A program made the translations under genes and the position numbers. A stretch of 61,865 nt of DNA, the filler included. It is 6 parts of 6 records of this genome, joined end to end, with 100 filler letters (N's around TTAATTAATTAA, not from the genome) between each part and the next. Parts side by side here need not be neighbours in the genome. Positions count along the whole stretch, not along the records: positions 47,734 to 56,319 come from SRR31156797_17406; positions 56,420 to 61,865 come from SRR31156797_17428; 4 more parts are not named here. One strand, written 5' to 3'. Under the pieces are notes generated by a model, which was given only the letters and a program-made list of their open reading frames with translations, did not search any database and was not told where the DNA came from. Of this stretch, positions 51,601 to 60,625 are shown one piece after another. Every line of letters begins with the position of its first letter. Within the stretch, counting starts at the first letter, position 1.

Positions 51601-52964
51601 AGTTCAACTACAGATTTAGAACGAGAATATTCAAAACTAGTCTCGTTAAAGTTACAAGTTATCTGTCTTTTTTCAGCTTCAGAAATAATTTCAATATCCT
51701 TAATTAGTTTTGTTGGAGAATCAATTATATTTTCAATTATTATATTTAATCTATGAATAAATGATGTAACTTCATCTAAACTTAATACTTCTTCGGCATA
51801 ATCGATTGCAATTTCCATCTCATTATTAGATAGTTTGTTTCTTGGGTTTAGAACAATTGACATTTCATATCCAGAATGTTTAGGAAAAAATTGTTCCAGA
51901 ATTTCAATAGATTCATGATTAATTGGAGGATTTTCCGATATTGTTATATTAATAAAATCAGAATTCACATTAGAGTTTTCATCTTGTCTTAGTAAACTGA
52001 TTAAAGAGTTATAAGGAAATTTTTCATGTCTCATGTTACTCATCATTTCAGTATTTATAGATTTTAAATTTTCTAAAACATTAATTTCTTGATTTATTTC
52101 AATAATTAGCGGAACTGTAGAGACAAACATACCAACAATAGAGCGATGATTTTTTTTAGTTCTATTATGTATTGCTCTTCCAATTAGAATTTTGTTTTCA
52201 TTTTTTATTCTTTCAAAATAAATAGCCATAGCCGTTGAAAGAAGCTTGAAGTATGTTGTGTTATTTTCTTTGGAGAAAAGATTTATTTTAGTAAATAAAT
52301 CTTTAGATACTGAAATGTATTTTTTTTTAGTGGTAAAAAATTTCACTTCTTTTTGTATTTCGCAAATAGTAGTATTAATATCTAGAGTTTTAAATTTTTC
52401 AAGCCAATACTGTTTATTTGTTTCGTATCTTTTAGAGTTAAGATAGCTTTTTTCATATTCGATAAAATCAGTATAACTACTTGAATTCACTAGTGATTCA
52501 TGATTATCATCGTAAAATTTCAGAATATCCTCAATCACTAATGCAGCAGATATACCATCAATAACCGAATGATGAAATTTAACATAAAAACCACTTTCTT
52601 CTGAATTAAAATGAATACATGAAAGAGTTGTTAAAGTATCTTCAAAAATATCAAACTTCTCTCTATATTTTTTCTTAATATGCTTCATTAGATCATGGGT
52701 TTCAGTGTAATTAATTAAATCGATTTTAGTGTACTTGTGATCTTTAAAAAATTGATTTAATTTTTTATCATTATTAATTTGAATACGAAGTCCATCGTTT
52801 TGTTTTAAGACTTCATTCCAAGCCTTTTCAAGCTTTAACGGGTCAAGCCTTTTTTTAGCATTAACAAGATAACCTACATTCGCCATTTCCAATCGAGGAT
52901 TCATGATATCGTTATACACTATCCTCATTTGTGGATTTGTTAATTCATAACATCTTTTTTCCAC
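48606..52964 (-). CDS. Single-module NRPS: condensation-adenylation-PCP-thioester reductase (C-A-T-R)
   Basis: HHSVIDG (C); YTSGSTGNPKG, YGPTE, YKTGD and QVKIRGFRIELGEIE (A); GGDSL (PCP); LTGATGYLG and YIKTK (SDR reductase); GGAGG RBS before GTG. Confidence 0.93.
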   Translation of the reverse strand: MEKRCYELTNPQMRIVYNDIMNPRLEMANVGYLVNAKKRLDPLKLEKAWNEVLKQNDGLRIQINNDKKLNQFFKDHKYTKIDLINYTETHDLMKHIKKKYREKFDIFEDTLTTLSCIHFNSEESGFYVKFHHSVIDGISAALVIEDILKFYDDNHESLVNSSSYTDFIEYEKSYLNSKRYETNKQYWLEKFKTLDINTTICEIQKEVKFFTTKKKYISVSKDLFTKINLFSKENNTTYFKLLSTAMAIYFERIKNENKILIGRAIHNRTKKNHRSIVGMFVSTVPLIIEINQEINVLENLKSINTEMMSNMRHEKFPYNSLISLLRQDENSNVNSDFINITISENPPINHESIEILEQFFPKHSGYEMSIVLNPRNKLSNNEMEIAIDYAEEVLSLDEVTSFIHRLNIIIENIIDSPTKLIKDIEIISEAEKRQITCNFNETSFEYSRSKSVVELFEIQAEKSPENTAVIYDDDHLTYKELNEKSNQLAHLLKIQGLKTGELVPILYKRSFEMIIGILAIHKAGGAYLPIDPKTPKDRINFILEDSSAQLVLTKLPQLCNPAIKCIAVNEIENSNLSTVNLNISNNLNNPCYTIYTSGSTGNPKGVQIAHNSFLNLVKWYCEYANINSSSAVLLAISSSFDASVKNIYSPLVSGGRLLLAHDDILDMNTLVRLVYRNEATILNCVPSLFYAMLEHDKRDNYQHLNSFKNVLTGGEKLDYHKIQDFLQYANKDFIMSNIYGPTECTDISTAYSFTSKDDVQKPLPIGTPIFNSKAVIVDKYGHLAPIDFPGELCILGEGLALGYLNRPDLTAEKFIKSSFFDNSLMYKTGDLAKWEKTGNIDYLGRIDFQVKIRGFRIELGEIESRLSELNGIELVTVIDRENDRGDKFLAAYYTGEEYEISRIRRKLSKVLPDYMIPQQYIFLDKMPFTISGKIDRKALPVIENNATITSENLTGSIIENEIIMIWKDVLERDDIDRNSDFFVLGGDSLDAIRVVGRLSKNFNISATDMFEQKTVMKLAEKIRGDKKSLEKNISVLKDLFYKHECEKQKNYVEELLEKEFHKYEKDMTDYIENRNTATERIHNNVLLTGATGYLGAHLLYDLIKRTNAHIYVIIRGNTLEEAKKRIIDKMKFYFEDEYKHEIGQNRVTVLAGDISKDNLGLDEKSLELIKDIDCIINSAANVKHYGRYKDFHAVNVKGVENLLELCKRNTNIDFFQISTKSVASGTIPKKDYLVYSETSLDEGQEINNFYIKTKLEAEKLCEDARGDGVNANILRVGNLVFNSKSGKFQENIEENAFYSKVKDMLATGKIPKAKNKSLEFSFELSYIDFVSKAIVLLISEGKMDNEVMHVYNPHNVSMYRLGKHLADSGENIELLEIDEYFDFLKEHHECSDLQVNVENILLNMMELSKSSTVALKSCRTNKVLERLKFEWEKPKAEDIAKMLKYGKDVGFF

Positions 52965-53017
52965 AACATTCCTCCTTTAAAATATATATTTAAACTCACA
53001 TCATCCTTAAAAATTTC

Positions 53018-53061
53018 AAAAAAAAACAGATTAAAACAAAACTCAATTGCTTTAATCTGTT
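53018..53061 (-). terminator. Intrinsic terminator after the binding-protein gene
   Basis: AACAGATTAAA...TTTAATCTGTT stem followed by a T run on the minus strand. Confidence 0.65.
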
Positions 53062-53091
53062 GAATTCTAAACACTATATAGAAATTATTAT

Positions 53092-54129
53092 TTATTGTCT
53101 TTCTAAAAAATTCCCTTCATAATCAGTGTAGATTTTCCATGCAGCTCCTAACATTTCTACACTAAATTCAACATCGATATTTTGAGCCCTCATTTGATTT
53201 AAAATAATAAGAGTTTTTGCAGGATCTTCTGGTTTAATACTGTTTATTTTTTCACCTTTCAAAACTCTATCAGCCATATCTATCATTTGATCAACGGTAG
53301 TTAAAGAATCAATAGCTAAAGCTGATAAATTCCCTTGCATAACAGCGTTTTCCCAAAAACCAATGTTTGGTTTTTTATTATTTTCTCTTTCCCATTTAAA
53401 ATAGTCTTCGAAAGAATATTTCTTCTGATCTTTTCTTCTTGAAATAGCTTCAGCAGAAATAATCCAGCCAACTTCAGGATCATCATTGTGTTTTAAAACA
53501 AACTCTTGATAATCTTCGACATACAAGAATTCTTTAAATTCCTTAAGTTCAAAATTAAACTGCTTTAAAGCTTTCTTAACTTTATTTTCAGTAAAAGCTG
53601 CTGTAGGATATGTTGCAAATGCCACTTTTTTTCCATTTAAAGGTGAAATTTCATTTAATAGAAAAAATGCATTGGCTAAATGTGTCCTAGGCATAGTATA
53701 CGTACCAGTTAAATTAGTTGTAGGATAGCCATTCTCATCTACTAATATCATATTTTCATTTTCATCTTCTAATTCTAATCCACCACCAGAAACACAAGGA
53801 ATACCAGCTTCTTTCAGTTTCATTGCGATATCTTTAACCAGTGTAGTATTCATAAGAACTACATCAGGTTTTATTCTTTTGATCTCTTCAATAACAATTG
53901 CTTTTCTAGATTCTTTTCCTTCGATTGATAGAGGAATATACTCTGCTTTATCAGGCGTCCACCCTTTTTTTACTATTAAATCATTCATTAGTCCAGAAAC
54001 TGCAGTAAAGAATGCTCCGTCATCATCTTTAACAAATACAACTTTCTTCTTTGACATATTCTCGTTTGCAAAAACAATATTAGTACAGGCTAGAAGTAAA
54101 ATTAGTAGCATAATAGATTTTTTTAACAT
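53092..54129 (-). CDS. Orphan ABC-type substrate-binding-like secreted protein
   Basis: Signal peptide ending VFA; KPDVV, NLTG and ADRVLKGE..IILN features of the ABC_sub_bind family; no permease genes adjacent. Confidence 0.7.
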   Translation of the reverse strand: MLKKSIMLLILLLACTNIVFANENMSKKKVVFVKDDDGAFFTAVSGLMNDLIVKKGWTPDKAEYIPLSIEGKESRKAIVIEEIKRIKPDVVLMNTTLVKDIAMKLKEAGIPCVSGGGLELEDENENMILVDENGYPTTNLTGTYTMPRTHLANAFFLLNEISPLNGKKVAFATYPTAAFTENKVKKALKQFNFELKEFKEFLYVEDYQEFVLKHNDDPEVGWIISAEAISRRKDQKKYSFEDYFKWERENNKKPNIGFWENAVMQGNLSALAIDSLTTVDQMIDMADRVLKGEKINSIKPEDPAKTLIILNQMRAQNIDVEFSVEMLGAAWKIYTDYEGNFLERQ

Positions 54130-54933
54130 AACAATTCCTCCAATAGTAATTTATTTTAGCCAATTGCTGAGCTTTAGTAATAAAAAAGTGAAGTATATAA
54201 ATGATAAAATCATAAAAAACTGTATTATAAATGAATTGGAATCAAATATATTTACACGAAATTACTAAAAAATGTTTTTTGAATCATGAGAATTAACATA
54301 TTGTAACTATTTAATATAAACTTTCATCTACAGTATATATTTTATTATTTTGTGCCCTATTTTGCAAGAGTCAATTTGAAGAAAGTTTTTGCAAAAAAAC
54401 ACCTGTTACTAAAAAAAGTAATTTATTAGTAAATTTATCAACGGATGAGAAGTCATTTAAGCTAAATAAGTCTTTTAATAATGATTGAGCTTCTAAAATT
54501 TTTACATTTTTTTTTAACAAATTATTATAAATTAGCTTTTTTGGTGTTATTTTTGCTTAAAAACATCAAAAAATCATTTTATCAATTAGTAAAAAACATA
54601 GCTGTATTATAGTAAAAACTAATTTGTCAGGACAAAATAGAAACGAAATAATAGTTAATGTCTTTTGATAATGAGATTTATTTTTTTTATTTAATAAAAA
54701 GATAAAAAATACGTCTTTTGTCAATAAAAAATAATTAAATAATTTAGAAAAATAAAAAATGATGTATTTCCTCAGAATACAACTAAATTAGACAAAAAGT
54801 TGTAAAACGGTAATGAATTGGAAAAATTTCTTAATGAATACCTTGAAAAAAACAATAGAAAGAGTTATAATAAACAAGTAACAACTTTATTATTGATTAG
54901 AAAAAACGATACAATTATCGGAGGATCGGATAG

Positions 54934-56319
54934 ATGGAAAATTTGTTTTTTGCCGAAGAAGATAATTTAGCTGCTGAACAACAAAGGAATACTTGGAAAG
55001 TTCTATTGGTTGATGACGAACCTGATATCCACTCTGTGACAAGACTAGCTCTTAGAGATGTGGAATTCGCAGGAAAAGAACTTGAGATTCTGAGCAGTTT
55101 TTCTGAAGATGATAGTAGAAAAGTTCTGAGAGCAAATCCGGATGTAGCAGTTGTTCTGCTGGATGTGGTAATGGAAAATGATGACTCAGGGCTTAGACTA
55201 GTTAGATTCATTAGAGAAGAGCTAAATAATCATTTAGTTAGAATTATCCTTAGAACAGGACAGCCGGGAATGGCACCTGAGAGAAGGGTAGTAATGGAAT
55301 ACGATATAAATGACTATAAGGAAAAGACGGAATTAACTTCTCAGAAGTTATTTACGACTGTTATTTCCGGTATTAGATCATTCAAAGATATTCAAACGAT
55401 AGAAAGAAGTAAAAAAGGACTGGAAAAGATACTTGAGGCTTCTACAGAGTTATTTAGACCTGATAGGAGAACGAGTAATTTCGCTGAAGCGATACTTGAT
55501 CAATTATCTTCATTAATAAAATCAAAAGATTCATTATTCTATTTTCAACCATCGAGCTTTGTTACTATACCACAGCAAGGTGATATGAAAATAGTAGCAG
55601 CAACTGGAGATTTTAAGGATTATGTAAATAATTCTATCAATGAGATTCATGATATGATTCTCAAAGAAAAAATCGCTACTGTTGCGAAAGATAAAAATGT
55701 CATTATTGATGACAATGAATTCTTTGGTTGCTTTGAATCAGGTCACGGAGCAGAATCTATAATTTATTTTAGAGATGCTTCCGGTTTTTCAGATGTTGAC
55801 AAAAATTTACTTAAAATATTTTCAATAAATGTTTCTACTTCACTTAATAATTTATTATTAAACGAAGAGATTATTAATACCCAAAAGGAACTAATAGTTA
55901 CTCTGGGAGAAGTAGTAGAGTCCAGATCAATGGAAACAGGTCATCATGTTAAGCGTGTTGCTGAATACTCTCACTTCTTAGCTAAGAAGCTGGGATTATC
56001 AGATGATGATGCTGATACACTGAGATCTGCCTCTCCAATGCATGATATTGGTAAAGTAGGTATCCCTGATGGTATACTAAATAAACCGGGTAAATTAACA
56101 GCAGAAGAGTTTTCGTTAATCAAAACTCACACAACTCTTGGTTATGGTATGCTGAAGAATTCTCATAAGAAGATATTCCAGGCAGCTGCAATTGTAGCAC
56201 ACCAGCACCATGAAAGATGGGATGGAAGTGGTTATCCCAATGGTCTAAAAGGTAGCGAGATACATATATATGGAAGGATCACAGCTGTTTGTGATGTTTT
56301 CGATGCCCTCTCTCATAAG
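54934..56319 (+). CDS. RpfG-like response regulator: REC-DUF3369-HD-GYP cyclic di-GMP phosphodiesterase (3' truncated)
   Basis: LVDDE, LLDVVME, RIILRTGQPG, HDIGK and HHERWDGSGYP motifs. Confidence 0.92.
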
Positions 56320-56419
56320 NNNNNNNNNNNNNNNNNNNNNNNNNNNNNNNNNNNNNNNNNNNNTTAATTAATTAANNNNNNNNNNNNNNNNNNNNNNNNN
56401 NNNNNNNNNNNNNNNNNNN
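56320..56419. other. Artificial contig spacer
   Basis: N44-TTAATTAATTAA-N44. Confidence 0.98.
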
Positions 56420-56683
56420 ATTTTTATAATAATCATTTAATTCATTTTCGGTTAAATAACCAGCAATTTTATAAAGTTCGATGACATTGATTTCTAAAAC
56501 GCGTGATATTTTTTGTAATGTTTCCGCTCTTGGTATCGGAGCCTTTCCATTCTCAATTCTAGATAAATTTCCTCGATCTATTTCAAGCAGTTTTGCTAAT
56601 TTGTATGCTGATAGTCCTTTGATAGTTCTTTGTTCTACAATATATCGACCTAATTCTTTTGTTATTTCATTCAATGAAATCAC
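56420..56683 (-). CDS. XRE-family HTH repressor (CI-like), truncated at contig edge
   Basis: GLSAYKLA...LSRIENGK...TLQKIS motif; TTG at 56674 after GAGGTG is a plausible true start. Confidence 0.85.
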
Positions 56684-56698
56684 CTCATGAGATTATAC

Positions 56699-56800
56699 CA
56701 AACGTTTTCTTATAACACAACGTTGTATTCTAACACAAAAAGTTTGACAAAACGTTTCAGGTGTATTAAAATACAAGTGTTGTATATAAAAACAACGTAG
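56699..56800. promoter_or_regulatory. Divergent promoter/operator region of a repressor-Cro pair
   Basis: Palindromes ACAACGTTGT (56717-56726) and ATACAA-gtg-TTGTAT (56771-56785); TTGACA at 56744. Confidence 0.6.
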
Positions 56801-56810
56801 GAGGGGTAAA

Positions 56811-57014
56811 ATGAATATATCGTCATATCAAGTTTATTTGGCATATGTTGAAAGTGGTTTAACTTATCGCCAATTAGCAAAAAAATTAAACGATAGTTCT
56901 GGAAATGTTCATAGAACAATCAAGAAAATGAAAAACGGAGGTTCCGTAACAACTAAAACTATTGAAAAATATGCGCGGATACTTGGTTTATTTGATGAAA
57001 AAAGTGATGAATGA
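56811..57014 (+). CDS. Cro-like small HTH protein
   Basis: GLTYRQLAKKL...TIEKYARILG; GGAGG RBS; divergent from the XRE repressor. Confidence 0.75.
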   Translation: MNISSYQVYLAYVESGLTYRQLAKKLNDSSGNVHRTIKKMKNGGSVTTKTIEKYARILGLFDEKSDE

Positions 57015-57029
57015 AATGAAGGGGGTCAA

Positions 57030-57206
57030 ATGACAGAGAAGCAGATAAGGGAAAAGAAAGTTAAGGAAATACTGAAAGTAGTAAAATCAGATGTCGGGGA
57101 GGATGACGATTATTTCGATCGTTATCAAAATATATTGGATGAGATGAATTCAAGTGAGTTAGATTTAGAATTACAACTGATCATGGGAGAAAAAAATCTT
57201 AAATAG
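57030..57206 (+). CDS. Small hypothetical protein (58 aa)
   Basis: Not in ORF track. AAGGGGG RBS; MTEKQIREKKVKEILK...GEKNLK; fills the gap between neighbours. Confidence 0.6.
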   Translation: MTEKQIREKKVKEILKVVKSDVGEDDDYFDRYQNILDEMNSSELDLELQLIMGEKNLK

Positions 57207-57217
57207 CGGGGGATTTT

Positions 57218-57421
57218 ATGAAAATAGGAGAGATAAAATTAATAGATAATAAATTGATAAAATGCGTAAAAAGTGATGAGGCAGGCTCATGTGATGGATG
57301 TTACTTCGACAAAGAGAATAATTATAATTGCCTGAGATATATGAATGAAATTGGTGATTGCTCAGGTCTGAATAGTCGTGACAGGCAGACAGTTATATTT
57401 GTTGAGCTAAAAAAGAGTTAA
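57218..57421 (+). CDS. Small Cys-rich phage-like protein
   Basis: CDGCYF...C...C..RDRQTVIFVE; follows the cro-like gene. Confidence 0.65.
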   Translation: MKIGEIKLIDNKLIKCVKSDEAGSCDGCYFDKENNYNCLRYMNEIGDCSGLNSRDRQTVIFVELKKS

Positions 57422-57478
57422 GTACAGATTTATATAATAGGAGAGTAAAATAAAGCAGAGCTTAAGACATGAATAGTC

Positions 57479-58420
57479 TTAAGCTCTTTTTTCAATAAAT
57501 GTATCAATTAATCTAAGTTTTTCTACTGCATTGTCATAATAAAAATGATCTGAATATGAACTCTCTATGATACTTTGAAAATATAATTTTGAAAGTTCAT
57601 AATCTTTTGTATATAGATGAAATAAACCATTGAGAAATGAATAGAATACCTTACTTATTTCTTTATTAATGTTCATATCCATATCTGAGAAATTATTTTC
57701 TGATGAATTCGATCTTCTGATATATTTATTCCATTTTCTATAATACTCGTCCGCTTTACCGCTATCTCCCTCTGCTAATAGAAGAAAAGCTTTAATGATC
57801 ATTTTCTCTTCATTGACAATCTCATATTCCATCTGCTTGAAATCTGTCTTCTCTTCATCTTCAGTGTGAATGTTTTTAATAAAATTAAGAATTAGGTTAA
57901 CTGGAAACACAAAATGTTTTTCCGGAGCTGCTTCTTTAAAATGTAGATTATCCAAACTCTCTACAACTTCTTTTGGTTCTGAGAGGTTAAAATCTGAGAT
58001 AGAAGGTAAACTATAATCTTCGAAATAATCCGTAATTATATCCGGTTCAACACTCTCTTTTGGTTTTTCTGGTTCTTTTTCAAGAGCTGGATACGACATA
58101 AGTCCATCAATAAAAAGGAAAGTAGATATGAATATAATACCCTCAATGGAACTAAAAACCATTAAAAGGCTGATATTAGTTATTGTTACCAGTAAAAATA
58201 GTATAAAATTGCTTATGCGAGTGGTTTTTGCACTCAAATACAGGAGCAGTGTGTTAACACTTGAGAATGCAAAGGCCATTAGAATAATTAGAATAAAATT
58301 CCTATTTAAAAATGTATCATTTTTCAAAATATAGCTATACATTAAAACAAAAATAAAAAAGATAAATTTTTCCATGATCTCTCCTCTCATAATTCTGAAT
58401 ATAATAATTACTTTTTCCAT
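57479..58420 (-). CDS. Hypothetical membrane protein with helical (TPR-like) C-terminus
   Basis: About four N-terminal TMs; ATG 58375 after GAGGAG is the likelier start. Confidence 0.65.
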   Translation of the reverse strand: MEKVIIIFRIMRGEIMEKFIFFIFVLMYSYILKNDTFLNRNFILIILMAFAFSSVNTLLLYLSAKTTRISNFILFLLVTITNISLLMVFSSIEGIIFISTFLFIDGLMSYPALEKEPEKPKESVEPDIITDYFEDYSLPSISDFNLSEPKEVVESLDNLHFKEAAPEKHFVFPVNLILNFIKNIHTEDEEKTDFKQMEYEIVNEEKMIIKAFLLLAEGDSGKADEYYRKWNKYIRRSNSSENNFSDMDMNINKEISKVFYSFLNGLFHLYTKDYELSKLYFQSIIESSYSDHFYYDNAVEKLRLIDTFIEKRA

Positions 58421-58712
58421 AAAAAACTGATATTCCTCTTATTATTTTTAGTTTATAACTAAAAATAATCTAATTTATGAGTAGGGTAAATTTTTGCCTA
58501 TAAAATATTAATCGGCCAATATAGGAAATGTATATAGTCAATAATAACGTAGTGATAATATAAAATCGCTAAAATAATTCCAAGAGCAGACCCTGTAAAA
58601 AGAAATTCAGGTTTGAAAAGTATGAAAAAAATTAAAGGAATAGTGATTTATAGGCGAATATAAAAATAATAGGGATTGAAATAAATTTAGTAAAATTTAG
58701 GAGGTAAAAGAG

Positions 58713-58871
58713 ATGAATATGAATCAGGAAATGATTAATCAAGAAGAATTAAACTATTTACCGAGAAGAAGAGCTTACAATCCGGATAAGATTGAAAAGA
58801 TGGTTGCTAGATTTAGGACAAAAAAAATGAGTAAAATGGAAAAACTAAAAAAAATATTAAAAATTATATAA
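58713..58871 (+). CDS. Small basic hypothetical protein (52 aa)
   Basis: Not in ORF track. AGGAGG RBS; MNMNQEMINQEELNYLPRRRAYNPDKIEKMVARF; followed by hairpin and T run (58885-58917). Confidence 0.6.
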   Translation: MNMNQEMINQEELNYLPRRRAYNPDKIEKMVARFRTKKMSKMEKLKKILKII

Positions 58872-58958
58872 TAATGCTTATTTTGGAGTAGTTTTATTGG
58901 AACTGCTTCTTTTTTTTCAAAAAAATAAATTAAATATTATAAAAAAGAGATCAAGAAA

Positions 58959-60416
58959 TTACTCCTGATCTCTTTTGTTATCTTCAAATGTTTTATAAAA
59001 TACAACTTGATTTCTTCCGTTTGCTTTTCCTTCGTAGAGTGCATTATCAGCAATACTTACGATTTTATCCATATTATTAATAACTGCACTATATTCACTA
59101 ATTCCACAAGTTACGGTTATTTTTTCTGTCATATTCTCAAATTCAGTATTTTCTATAGTTTTTCTTAATTCCTCAGCAGCTATGTATGCTTGCTCAATAT
59201 TCAGTCTTGGTAGTAAAATAGCAAACTCTTCACCACCATATCTACATATGATATCATCTACTCTAAAATTTTCGATTAATATAGAAGCGACTTTTTTGAT
59301 TACCTGATCACCAACCAGATGCCCGTATTTATCATTAACTTTTTTAAAGAAATCAATATCCAGAATAATAAATGATAAACTTCTGGAATATTGTTGAGCA
59401 TTTGTTATCTCCTTCTCAAAATTTTCTTCGAAATATCTTCTGTTATACAGAGTGGTAAGATGGTCTTTTATTGATGTTTCTTTTAATTCTTTGTTTATTT
59501 TTACTAAATCAGAAGTGATTATCTTAATCTTTCTTCTAAGAGATAAATTGTATAGAAGTACTAAAATGAAAATAGATGGTATGAGAATTATACTTAAAAT
59601 TTTATAGTCTATAACTTTTTCTATTACAATATTGTCTTTATATATAACCCTGTTTGCTGTATAGGTGTTTATTGCTTCAAAATAAAATGAGTCTGGATTC
59701 ATTTTTTCTTTAGCTAAAATATTATCTATAAATGGTATAAGCTCTTTAGCCAGAGCAGAGTCCTTTTTAAATCCCACTTTGATTGGTGTAGGGTTAAATA
59801 TAATAGGTGTCTGCATAAATTCTCTTCTGTCCTTTAGAACGAAATCAGCAAACTCTCTGGGGATAACACATACATCAGCTTCACCTAATGCAACTTTTTC
59901 GATTGCTTCTGTATAATCACCAGTTTCAATAAAGCGAGGTCTTATATCAAGTGCCGCAAGTACTTCTTTTATGGCATCTTCATTTCCTTCGTAATATACA
60001 TCTTCATCAACAACTGCTATTCTTAGATTTTTCAGGTCAAATAATGAAGTCACTTTTATATCTGTACTGCCGTATATAACTCCCCAAGACAAGAAAATTG
60101 TTTCTTGGTTAAAGTCATATTCGCTCATTCTCTCTTTTGTAGGTGCAATATCGAAAAGCATGTCAACTTCACCGGTTTTAAGCCATTCTAGTATTTCCGC
60201 CCATGTACCATATTTATAACTTAGGCGGTAATTCGTATCTTTGAATATTTCATCAAAAATATCATGGAAATATCCTTTTACTTTTCCGCTCTCTATATAG
60301 ATAGCAGGTGGGTCGTCATAGATTCCTACTTTGATTTCTTTAATCTCTCCGGAAGCCGAGCTGATAACGAAAATGCTTAGAAATAATATGAAGATAGCAA
60401 ATAGTTTACTTTTCAT
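58959..60416 (-). CDS. Diguanylate cyclase with periplasmic solute-binding sensor domain
   Basis: Signal peptide, SBP_bac_3-like domain, TM, DHLTTLYNRR, DIDFFK, RVDD I-site and GGEEF. Confidence 0.93.
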   Translation of the reverse strand: MKSKLFAIFILFLSIFVISSASGEIKEIKVGIYDDPPAIYIESGKVKGYFHDIFDEIFKDTNYRLSYKYGTWAEILEWLKTGEVDMLFDIAPTKERMSEYDFNQETIFLSWGVIYGSTDIKVTSLFDLKNLRIAVVDEDVYYEGNEDAIKEVLAALDIRPRFIETGDYTEAIEKVALGEADVCVIPREFADFVLKDRREFMQTPIIFNPTPIKVGFKKDSALAKELIPFIDNILAKEKMNPDSFYFEAINTYTANRVIYKDNIVIEKVIDYKILSIILIPSIFILVLLYNLSLRRKIKIITSDLVKINKELKETSIKDHLTTLYNRRYFEENFEKEITNAQQYSRSLSFIILDIDFFKKVNDKYGHLVGDQVIKKVASILIENFRVDDIICRYGGEEFAILLPRLNIEQAYIAAEELRKTIENTEFENMTEKITVTCGISEYSAVINNMDKIVSIADNALYEGKANGRNQVVFYKTFEDNKRDQE

Positions 60417-60625
60417 AAATTTAATCCCCTTAATTATTAATGCTGTTGTTGTTAATTTACATTTATAATTATACCATACTAATTTGGAATAAAAAAATGG
60501 ATGAAAATTTAGAAATTGAAAATGGTTGATATTAATAGAATTAAAGTAATAAAATACATAAGAGGAAAAAGTTATAACTTAAGAATAGAATAGTATTAAT
60601 TTTAACTCTGAAAGGAGGTATTTAT

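Noticed and set aside
54130-54933. Long AT-rich intergenic region as an ncRNA or hidden gene (including ORF 53879-54268)
   Set aside because: No stable structure, repeat array or convincing coding signal seen; consistent with a divergent promoter region
7647-56419. Five identical TTAATTAATTAA motifs inside N runs
   Set aside because: Artificial spacers with stops in all frames; no linkage across them can be inferred, for example between the plasmid and the tnpB/rtc contig
2387-58334. Many short ORFs antisense to or nested in well-supported genes (for example 2387-2590, 10911-11213, 32523-32978, 40844-41431, 49855-50226)
   Set aside because: Shadow frames with no recognisable motifs or independent signals
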